Source: a virus (Duplodnaviria > Heunggongvirae > Uroviricota > Caudoviricetes > Crassvirales). Taken from it: 24,103 bases of DNA. The notes below the pieces were generated by a model. That model did not search any database, was not told where the DNA came from, and was given only the letters and a program-made list of their open reading frames with translations. The position numbers and the translations under genes were made by a program. How positions within the stretch are numbered: the stretch's first letter is position 1; every line of letters begins with the position of its first letter. The stretch lies in IMG/VR virus record IMGVR_UViG_3300035495_000018, positions 1 through 24,103 of that record; one strand, written 5' to 3'. Positions 6,788 to 17,000 of the stretch are shown here, one piece after another.

Positions 6788-9550
6788 ATGGCTAAAGGAA
6801 AATCTACATGGAAATATAATAAACTCCTTACAGCTAGAAGAAATTACTACAGTGGGCTAGAGCCTTATACCTCTCAAATACAGAGGCCCTCTTTTGCCCC
6901 AGTTAGTCCTGATTTAGCTGGACTAGGTGGAACTCCTCTACCTAATAAACTACCTATGCCTGTGCAGCAACAGCCAGCTGCAAGTAGCCCTAATATATTT
7001 CAGAGCACAGTCTCTGATGTAAAGGGAATGTTCAGTAATCCTAGCACTGCTTTCCAAAGCCCTACAATAGGTGCTAGCTCTATGATGGGTGCAGCTGCTG
7101 GAGCTATTGGTCAGATTGGTGGTCAGCTTCTATCAAATGGGTTGGATTCTAAGGCTGGAAATATTATCAGTGGAGTAGGTGATGCTGTTGGGGGTATCCC
7201 TGTTATTGGTGGTTTTGCCAAGGGAGCTCTGAATCTAGTTGGAGGTGCAGTTAATGGTCTGTTTGGCATGAAGGCTAACCAAGAGGAAATAAACAGAGTT
7301 AATAGTAATGTATCTACACTTAACACTGCTGCCAGTGCTGCCAGTGCTGCAACATCATTTGATGATAGTGCTTTATCTGGACCAGAGGCAACAAACTTTA
7401 GTGTTAATGCCTATAGAGGAGGTTTATTTTCTAAAGGTAAAGCTAAGAAGAAAAACAGACAATTAGCACAGGAGTTGAAGGATGCTAATAGCTTTGCAGT
7501 TAGAACTGCTGACAATACTACTGCTAATCTTGCAGATGACCAACTAAGCAATGCTGAAGCTAACTTCGCTGCTTTTGGTGGTGAACTTAATACACAAGGT
7601 GGTGATTTCACTAATGGTCTTCTTTATATAGACAATGGTGGTTCACATGAGTCTAATCCTCTTGAAGGTGTGCCTATGGGTGTAGACCAAGAAGGTACTC
7701 CTAACTTAGTAGAGGAAGGAGAGACAATCTTCAATGACTATGTATTCAGCAAGAGATTGAAAGTACCTAAAGCAGTAAGAGACAAATATAAGATGAGAGG
7801 TACAAAGGATTTAACATTTGCAGAGATGAGTAAGGCTATGGCTAAAGAGTCAGAGGAAAGACCTAATGACCCAATCTCTATAAGGGGGCTTCAGGCTGTA
7901 ATGGCTGACCTTGCGAATGCTCAAGAGGGTATAAAAGATACACAACAAGATAGGCAATACTCTAATGGAGGCAGGTTATTTGCTGGAGGAGGATTGAAAT
8001 ATTGGAAAAAGAAGGAGGATATAGAAACTAATCTCCCTTGGCTTAAGGAATTATACACGAATGGAACAGATACATCAGCATGGGATGCATTGTTTGATGA
8101 TAGTGGAAACATTATAGCTACCAAGGGAGGAAATACTGGTTTATATGACCCTAATGGGGCATATATGAAGGCACTAAACGAGGTATTTAGTCCTGATGGG
8201 TTTGGCAATTGGACTCCTGAGTTTAAGGAAACTTTTGTTAATAGATTAAAGACCATAAATCCTAGTAAATACTCTGGTCTCACAGTTGAGAATTTAGCTA
8301 CTACTCTCAGTAGAGATAACCTATATAATTTGGCTACAGATGGTATGGTAGGAGGTCACCACCAAATAGGTGAGCTTGCTGCTCAGCTTTATCCAACAGT
8401 TACTGAACACATGCTTAGAGGAGCTGATGGTTCTCTCACTCCAATGCCTGAGTCTGATATTTATTATCCAAATACTGACTTTAATACAGGTCAGACATGG
8501 TCAGAGAGATTCAAAGGTAAGTACACTAGAGCAAACAATGGTAACTATGTAGAGAGTGTAGACCCAGAAACTCACACAAGGACAAGGAGATACTTCTATG
8601 ACCCTGTTGAAAACAAAGGTACAGGGAATAGATATTATAGGAAGAATGCTGATGGTCAGTATGAACTAGTAGAAGGAGATAACCCATACTTAACTATTCA
8701 GAATGAAGGTGGTTATTCTCAAGTCAAGAGTAATCCAAATGACCAAAATGGTACTGACTTCTACTATGACCCAGATAAAGCTGACCCTGAGTTCAAGAAA
8801 CTTCCTACTTGGTTTAGATACGCTCCAGCTGTTGGGCTTGGTATTAGTGCTATAACAGATGCTTTTGGTTGGACTAATAAGCCAGACTACAGTAATGCAG
8901 ATGCTGTTATGGAGGCGGCTCAAAGTGCTGGTACATATAACCCAGTAAGCTTCAAACCTATTGGTAATTATCTGACCTATAGACCATTTGATAGAGATTA
9001 TTATATTAATAAGATGAATGCTGAAGCTGGTGCTGCTAGAAGAAATATAATGAATACTTCTGGTGGGAATAGAGCACAAGCTATGGCAGGTATTCTAGCT
9101 GCTGACAATAATTACCTTAACCAACTTGGAAGCCTTGCTAGACAAGCTGAAGAATATAACTTCGCACAAAGAGCACAGGTTGAAGAGTTTAATAGAGGTA
9201 CTAATACTACTAACTCTCAAGGTTTCTTACAAGCTGATTTAGCCAATCAAAAGGCTGCTTCTGAAGCAAGAGAAGCTTCATTAAAAGGTATTATGGCTGC
9301 TGCTGATATGAGAGAAAGAGCTAGGCTAGCATCAGAACAAGCCAAGTCTGCTAATATATCTGGATTCATCAATGCTATTGGTGATATTGGTAGAGAGAAC
9401 ATGGGATGGAACTGGAGAAACTTTGGTCTTTCTACTGGTACATTTGGCAATGTTGGTGAGGAAGAGAGACTACTTACTCATACTGGTAGAAAGAAGAACA
9501 GTGGCTCTAAGGGTGGTAAAATTAAAAGAAAAAAGGGATTAACACTATAG
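6788..9550 (+). CDS. Virion cargo/ejection protein (crAss 'cargo protein 1'-like), 920 aa
   Basis: It lies directly after the muzzle gene. It has a Gly/Ala-rich hydrophobic N-terminal segment (MMGAAAGAIGQIGGQLL...GGAVNGLFG) and a recognisable crAss block FGG...IDNGGSHESNPLEGVPMGVD...PNLVEEGETIFNDYVFSKRL. A hydrophobic WFRYAPAVGLGISAITDAFGW segment, a coiled-coil region (GNYLTYRPFDRDY...AGILAADNNY) and a basic C-terminal tail follow. I found no Cys. Confidence 0.7.
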   Translation: MAKGKSTWKYNKLLTARRNYYSGLEPYTSQIQRPSFAPVSPDLAGLGGTPLPNKLPMPVQQQPAASSPNIFQSTVSDVKGMFSNPSTAFQSPTIGASSMMGAAAGAIGQIGGQLLSNGLDSKAGNIISGVGDAVGGIPVIGGFAKGALNLVGGAVNGLFGMKANQEEINRVNSNVSTLNTAASAASAATSFDDSALSGPEATNFSVNAYRGGLFSKGKAKKKNRQLAQELKDANSFAVRTADNTTANLADDQLSNAEANFAAFGGELNTQGGDFTNGLLYIDNGGSHESNPLEGVPMGVDQEGTPNLVEEGETIFNDYVFSKRLKVPKAVRDKYKMRGTKDLTFAEMSKAMAKESEERPNDPISIRGLQAVMADLANAQEGIKDTQQDRQYSNGGRLFAGGGLKYWKKKEDIETNLPWLKELYTNGTDTSAWDALFDDSGNIIATKGGNTGLYDPNGAYMKALNEVFSPDGFGNWTPEFKETFVNRLKTINPSKYSGLTVENLATTLSRDNLYNLATDGMVGGHHQIGELAAQLYPTVTEHMLRGADGSLTPMPESDIYYPNTDFNTGQTWSERFKGKYTRANNGNYVESVDPETHTRTRRYFYDPVENKGTGNRYYRKNADGQYELVEGDNPYLTIQNEGGYSQVKSNPNDQNGTDFYYDPDKADPEFKKLPTWFRYAPAVGLGISAITDAFGWTNKPDYSNADAVMEAAQSAGTYNPVSFKPIGNYLTYRPFDRDYYINKMNAEAGAARRNIMNTSGGNRAQAMAGILAADNNYLNQLGSLARQAEEYNFAQRAQVEEFNRGTNTTNSQGFLQADLANQKAASEAREASLKGIMAAADMRERARLASEQAKSANISGFINAIGDIGRENMGWNWRNFGLSTGTFGNVGEEERLLTHTGRKKNSGSKGGKIKRKKGLTL

Positions 9551-9553
9551 GAT

Positions 9554-10981
9554 ATGTATTTACAATTAGATACTAGATTTAATCCATTTACATACGATGA
9601 GATGGTAAAACCTCTGCTCTATTATAAGCAAGCTTATGATGAAGCAGAGGCAGCCTACTCAGCTTTATCATCTGATACTGATGCATGGAAAAACAGGGTG
9701 GATAAAAATAATAGTCCACTTGCTTATGAGCAATTTCAGAGGTACTCTGGAGATTTATCTAGAACAGTAGATGACTTTAGTAGAGGTATGAATGCTAAAA
9801 ATAGGAGAGCCCTCTTAGGTCTCAAGAGAAGATATGCAAGTGAGATAAAACCAATAGAGGATGCTTATAACAGAAGAACCGTATTAGCTGAGGAACAAAG
9901 AAAGGCTAATCTGGCAAATCCTACTATGTTGTGGCAAAGAAAGGCTAGTGATATGAGCCTTGATGACTTTATAAAGAATCCTGATGCTGACTATGGTAGG
10001 AGCACCTCTGGTACTGCTCTAACTGCTCAAGTTGCAGCTGGTGCTGGTGCTCTTGCTAAAGAATTTAGAGACAACCCCGAAAAGATGAGAAAGCTTGTTG
10101 GAGGTGACTACTATGAGTATGTAAAACAAAGAGGATTTAGTAGTGAAGCTGTTCTAGCTGCTATAATGAATAATCCAAATGCTTCTCCAATATTAAATCA
10201 GCTTGTTGAGGGTGCTATAGACTCTGCTGGATTGAAAGAATGGGCTGATGCATCTACATTAAGTCAAGCATACAACTATGCAAGACAAGGATTATGGAAT
10301 GCAGTTGGACAAGAAGAGGCACAGTTAGTTCAAAACTGGAGAGCACAAGAGAACTTAAGTCACTCTCATGCTATGGCAAGACAAGCATCTGCGCAAGCCT
10401 TCCAAGCTGCTGAAGCAGAGAAGAATAGGCAATTCCAAAGAGAGCAGTCATCTCCTAGGGCAATTATTGGAAATGACGGTAAACCTACAGGAGAATACTA
10501 TGACCCTAAGCTAGGAGTTGTTGTTGACAACAAGGGTAACATAATAGGAACTCCAAAGAGTAAGAATACCCAAGGCCCTGATGGAAATAAAAGAGACCCA
10601 AATGACCCAAGGCCTAAAGAGCTGATGCAGCCTTTATACTTTGATGCATTCTATAATGATACTTCATCTGGTCTAACATATAAAGCAAAATGGGATGGAA
10701 ATATAGATGAGGCAGGTAGACAGTTAATCTACTCTAAAGGAAAACATGTATCAGGTTCAGGAGTTCCTAATAAACTAAGTACAAAAGCTCTGGCTGATAT
10801 TAGAGCTAAGCTTCCAAAGGGCATGTCTCTAAGTGATGTTGATGTATATGTTGACCATGACAGTTGGTCTGACAGTCACTATATAGTAGTTGACTCCAGG
10901 GGTGACATCCTTGGGAGAGAAAAAGTAGCAACGTCTACTCCTACTTCTGGAAGTAAGGGTAGTCAAAGTGCAGGATTATAA
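9554..10981 (+). CDS. Putative virion cargo/ejection protein, 475 aa
   Basis: Long ORF with typical codon usage in the same operon. The N-terminus DTRFNPFTYDEMVKPL followed by a helical region resembles the crAss protein that follows cargo protein 1. No catalytic motif recognised. Confidence 0.6.
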   Translation: MYLQLDTRFNPFTYDEMVKPLLYYKQAYDEAEAAYSALSSDTDAWKNRVDKNNSPLAYEQFQRYSGDLSRTVDDFSRGMNAKNRRALLGLKRRYASEIKPIEDAYNRRTVLAEEQRKANLANPTMLWQRKASDMSLDDFIKNPDADYGRSTSGTALTAQVAAGAGALAKEFRDNPEKMRKLVGGDYYEYVKQRGFSSEAVLAAIMNNPNASPILNQLVEGAIDSAGLKEWADASTLSQAYNYARQGLWNAVGQEEAQLVQNWRAQENLSHSHAMARQASAQAFQAAEAEKNRQFQREQSSPRAIIGNDGKPTGEYYDPKLGVVVDNKGNIIGTPKSKNTQGPDGNKRDPNDPRPKELMQPLYFDAFYNDTSSGLTYKAKWDGNIDEAGRQLIYSKGKHVSGSGVPNKLSTKALADIRAKLPKGMSLSDVDVYVDHDSWSDSHYIVVDSRGDILGREKVATSTPTSGSKGSQSAGL

Positions 10982-11000
10982 TAATAAAAGTTAATTAGAT

Positions 11001-14000
11001 ATGATACTAGGAGGAGGTCCTTTTGGACTTGGCTTAGGCTTACCTACTAAGCCCGCACAAACAGAGCAACAAGTCTATAACCAAGCCTACTTTACAGGCT
11101 TGGCTGGACTTGGTGCAGATGATAGGGCTAACTGGGAAAAGAAATATGCTAAAGAAATAGCAGGTCTTGATGATGAAGAGAGGGACAACTACTTCAGAAA
11201 CACTATATTCATGGACATCTTTGGAAATAGTGATGATGAAGAAGACAAAAAGATATTTGCAAATAGGAGCTCTCTAACTAGAGACCAAAGGGATAGTCTA
11301 ATAGCACAGAAAGCTATTAGTTCTGATATTGATGCTATGAGTGACTTGCAAGAGTCACCATTAGACCTATGGAAGTCTCTTGTTGATGCTGATTATAAAT
11401 ATGCCTGGATAGATTCTAAACTAGGGGACGAAACTGCTAGACAAGGTGCAATGAGACACCTTGAGGAAAAAGGTCTGGAGAATTATGATATTTTCTATAA
11501 CAACCTGATGTCTCTTGACACTGAGACAAGAGATAAGATGCTGAGTGACCTAGATAATTTTTCTGGAGAAGTTTCACCATACTACAAAATGTATAATGGA
11601 ACTGACAAGCTTAACTTATCTCCAGAAGAGAAAGTATCAATGCTTGCTACCTACCTTTCCAATGAGTCAGTTGGTGGTACTGCATTTGCAGCTAAAGCAC
11701 TAGGAAACTCTTATCAAGACATAGTTGCATCTAACCAATCTGTTCTTGAGAAAGCTTGGAACTCTGGTGCTCAGTTTATAGATAGTGCTGCTGGTATGAT
11801 TATCAGAGCAGCTGGTATGGTTGGTGGTGCTGTAGGCATAGGTCTGGAGGATGATGAATCTTGGCTTGAAAATGTTATTGACAACACAGTAACAAGATAT
11901 GGTGATAGAATAGCTACCACTAACTCCTGGTCTCCTAGTGAACAGGAGTCTCTAGAATTACTTGGTATGTCTGATAATCCTATCATAAATACTGTGGACC
12001 AGCAGAATGCTCTTATGAGTGCTAATACTCCATTCGAGCTATTTGGTCAGTATGGTTTCACAACTGCTTCTACTATCCTTTCATTTGGGGGCTCGTCTGT
12101 TCTACAGGGAGCAACTAAAGGAGCAGCTTGGCTTGGTAAAGTAGCTATGGGCGGTAAAACTCTCAATGCAACTGCTAAAGGAACCAAGTTCCTTAGGGGT
12201 GTAATCAAAGCTAGAAACATAGGCAATGTTCTTATACCAGGTGCTGTTGGAACAGTTGAGGGTGGTATGAATGCTGCTATGACTAAGCAAGAAACACTTA
12301 GAGGTCTTGAGCAGGATATAAATGATAGATTTACTCAAACCTTAGATGGTGCTATAACAGGTGGTTCTGGTCTTGAAGGTGGGGTGCAGAGTGAAGAAGA
12401 CATAGATAAAGCTATTATTGGTAGTGGTACAGAGAACTGTCAAGCTGTTCTTGATGCTATGTTTGGTGCTGGAAAGATTGATGCTTCTAAACATACCAGT
12501 GCTGAAGTTGCTGAACTTGTAAAGCAGAGGTACAGAAGTGACAAAGCAGCTGCTGAAGAGAGTGCCAATACAGCTATGTACTATGACTTTTGGACTAACT
12601 CTGTCATCAATGGTATGGTTAACTCCACTTGGAAGGCTGGTCTTGAAGCACCAAGAGTGCAGAATGCTCTTAGAAAGATAGGTCTTGGAGGAGGAGAATC
12701 TCCTGTTAGTGAGGCAGTCAATGTTGCTAGACAAGGTGACAGATGGGTTGCTCAAGCAAGACAAGCTACAAGAGGACAGTTGTTCAAGAGTAGACTTAAA
12801 GAGGCCTTAGGCGAAGGCTTCGAAGAATATACTCAGGATATATCAAGTGCATTTGGTCAGGCTTATGCAAATGACAAGATGCAACAATATATTGATAACA
12901 AGTATGGTGCTAATCCAGGTGCTACAGCTGCACAGAATGATTTCTGGCAGTCATTTGCAGCTGGTATACAAGCAGCAGGAAATGCTGCTGTGTCTCCCGA
13001 TGCTATTAAGAGTGGTCTTTATGGTGCATTGTCCACTGCTATGGGTGGTCCTAATATTGCTATGAAGCAAGGTGCTAATGGTAACATGAGAGCTTCAGGT
13101 ATTACTTGGAGAAGTGCTATTACTCCATTGATTAGCAATAAAGAAAGGGATGCTATAAATGAGCAGAGGGAGAAAATGGCTGAGCATTTCAACAACTACT
13201 TCTCTGATGAAACTATGCAGAGGGCATTATTCAATGCTGGTGGTACAGCAGAGTGGCTCACTCAGATGCAACAATCTATAGAAAGCAATGATGAGAAAGG
13301 TGCAAGAGATGCAAGAGTCGGACAAATGTTCAGCAACATCATTACTCTTAATGACCTAGAAGGCACTGGATACCATGATGCAGTTGTTGCCAATCTACAG
13401 GCAAGAGCTGGTTTTAATGAAGCTAACCTTGCAGACCCTGAATCTGAAGAGTCTAAATCTGTGGAGCAGCTTATGGCATCAGCAGCTCATAGAACTCAGA
13501 ACCTTACTAGGGAAGAAGCACTGCAAACTATAAAGAAGAATGCCACTGAAATGCTTAATATGATGGATATGGTTTCAAAAGAAACTAGGTCTATTGAGAA
13601 AATCTTTGGTGAGAATATTGACCAAGATGTGAAAGCAAGCATGGTGTTCAATAGAGTAGTTATTGATGACTATAAGAAGAGAATAGGACAACTTGATGAT
13701 GAAATCTCTCAAGTAACAACTGAGTTAGGAAGTCAAGAGAATCTTACTCCTACATCATCACCCACTTCTAAGGGTAGAAGGCTCATAGCTAGATTTGGTT
13801 CATTAAGTAATGCTATATCAGAACTCCAGAGAATGGAACAACAGAAGTCAGAGATTGACCAAGTTGTTAGAGAAATGGAGGGAGAGGAGAGTGATGGTCA
13901 CTTATCTCAGGAAGACCAAGCTACTTTTGCTATGGCAAAAGAGTACCAGAGGGTACTTGCAAGGGACATAAAAGCTATAAAGGAAGCAAGAGAGGAATAC

Positions 14001-17000
14001 AGTACTGAGGCTCGTCACATGCCAGTTGAAAGAGATGGCATTACTTATGATGACCCAGTAGACTCAACTGTACTGTCTGCTGAGGAAATTATGAGATTGT
14101 CTGCTAGTGATAGAGCATTCATGCTTGACCCCAAACATAAAGACAGATACAGTCAGGAACAACAGGCTGAGATAGATAAAGTTAATAGTGTCGGCACTTC
14201 TATACATCAAGATTTTAACAAGAAAGTAGCTGACAGAAGTAGGATTGAAAGAGACTACAAGGCTGCTATGACTTCTCAGTTTAATCTCATGTATAGTCCT
14301 AAGGCCCTTAATAGATATGTAAATAAGGTAAAACTTCAGGCCCAGCAAAGGATGCTTCAAAAGAAGAATGAAGACCTTATTGATTTGGCAGTAAAAGAGG
14401 ATGATTATTGGAGGTTCTCAGAAAGACTGGATGAAATCTATAATAATGGTGACCAGGCAGAAATATCTGCTGTAGAAGGAATGCTCTCTGGTAGAGACTT
14501 CTCAGGTGTCAGATGGCTAGGAATTCCACAGGAAGCCACTGACATGTTTGAAAGGTATCAGAGTGAGAACCAAAGAAAGGCTGAAGTATATGATTGGGCT
14601 GAGAGAAATGGGGTATTTGAAGAGAATGACCCTAGAGCAGATGTATTTGCTGCTACCCTTGATTACCTAACCAATAGTGGAGTTGATATAGCTGATATAG
14701 AATCTGGAGCACAATCATTACTTGAAACAACATTAGATGAGGATGGAAATCCAGGAGAGTACTACTTTGAACAGCACCTTGCAAGAGCTAATGAGAGGTC
14801 TCCAATTGAAGAGCAAGTAAATGGATATAGCTCTATAGAAGAGACCATTCAGACATACAGGGATGTAATGTCAAGATACAATGCTGAAAGACAGCAAAGG
14901 GAACTTGACAATGAAGAAGTGGTAGCATCTCAAACAGATGAAGCTGCATCTGAGCCAGCTGTGATACCAGAGCCTCAAACTAGTGGACCATCCCTATTTG
15001 ATATAGGTGGTTCAACACCAGAGGCTGGTCACTTAAATAGTGACGGAGAAAGAGTAGGAACTACTACAGTTTCTGATATGGTTGAGCAGGCAGAAGAGCC
15101 TGTTGAAACTCCACAAGAAGAGCCTCAAGCTACCCCAGTATCAGTTGTTGATAAGTTCACAGAGAACAGCAATGAGGAGGTAGGCAAGGCAGCTGAGATT
15201 GCTCTTAGAAATGCTGAAAATGCTCCTTCATTTTCACCAGAGGCAAAGTCTGAAGTTAAATCTATACTTGAGGAGTTAGCTGATTATAGCTTTGATAGTG
15301 TAGATGACTTCCTTGAATCAGTAACTAAAAGAGCCAATGCCCTTGATAGTAGGGCAGAGGATGACAATAGACAAGTACCTGACCTACTTAGACATGTTGT
15401 AGCTAAGGTTCAACAAGCTAAGAATTCTAAGGAGAGTATAACAACTCCAAGCTCTTCTGTATCACCCTTCTTTGATAGAAGAAGGAGAACAATACAGACT
15501 CAAGCTAGAAGGATGAATTACAATATGTTTGGTGCTGGACCTAACGCTGGATATATAACCAGTATCAATATAGCCCACATAAGACAGAACCATCCTGACA
15601 GCATACATGCAGATTACTATGATAAGTATGGAATAGAAGATGCATTAAGAGATGGAGTTCTATCTGGTAATCCTGATGTCATGTTTATTACTGACAGTAA
15701 CCTCACAGATGCTGTAAGGAATGACATGGAGAGCAAAGGTATTGGATATACTGAGAATGACCTTCCTATAGTTGCTGTTGTTGAAACTTCTAATGGTCCT
15801 ATAACCATAAATGTCAATGGACAGGATAAGCACTTCCAGCCAGTAAGTATAATGTCTGCTACTGGTGTTGAGTATAGTGCTGGAAGTAACAATATGGCTC
15901 CAATAAGGAGACTAGCAAGCTCCAATGGTGGAGGTGTTTCTATTGTCAAGAATGCTGATGGCTCTCCTGTGGTTACAAAGCCTATGGGACAAATCAAAGC
16001 TGTTCCTAACTATGACTCAAGCAGGAGGGGACAAGATAATAACAATGTTCTTGATGTTGGACAAAGTGACCTCTCTGAGAATGAAAGGGATACTCCACAA
16101 GGTTATCAGAAAGCTAAGAGAAAATTCCTAAAGAGTCTTGGAGTTGTAAAGGTCAGTGACACTCTTAAGAAGATAGTGTTCCATCTTAACAAGCTCAATG
16201 GAGCAACTCATCCTATTGATATATTCATTGCACCAGTGCAAAGAACTACAAACAAGAATGGACAATCTGTTACACAGGTAAGGGATGATGCTGATGGGCT
16301 TATCTCATTCAATAGCAGAACAAGAAGAGCTGCCAAAGCTATAGGTAGCTTCATTGAGTCATTCACAGATGAGGAGATGAGTTTCAACAGAGATTCTAAT
16401 GGACAGGTTATCCCTCTTGGAGATACTGCAAAACTACTAGAATCTTATGCATCTGGTATTGAGAGCAGAGTAAGCAACTTTATAAATATAGCATCAAAGT
16501 CTGGATGGCACTATGCTGTCAATGCTACTGACCAATCAGTAGATGGAAAGAGAGTATATAGTATAGACCTTGTGAATGATGATGGTTCATCTATACAACT
16601 TACTGCTGTACATCAAGGAATGACTGAGGAGCAAAGTAAAGCTGCACAACATCAGTTCCTAAGGAACCTTCTAATGGATGAAACTGGTGAGGTCAGAATG
16701 TCGAATGACAGAGACTCACTTGCTAAGTGGCAAGTTCCATTCTCTGATGTAGAGAGAGCTTCACAGGGTGATGAGAATGCTAAGAAGAACCTATCTGATA
16801 TATACGATGATGGATACCTGGAAGTAAGTGCAACCAATACTTCATTCCAGTATACCATCCAAGGTATAGCATTGCAGAGTCCATTCAAAAGAGATGGCAG
16901 TCCAGTGTATCAAACTGTTGCTAACACTGACAATGCAACTCCTTCATCACCACTCAATAGTCCTGCTGTTGTAGCTAATGGACAGGTTGAGCAGGGGGAA

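Noticed and set aside
7327-7349. Short repeat GCTGCCAGT x2 encoding AASAASAA
   Set aside because: It is a low-complexity coding repeat, too short to matter.
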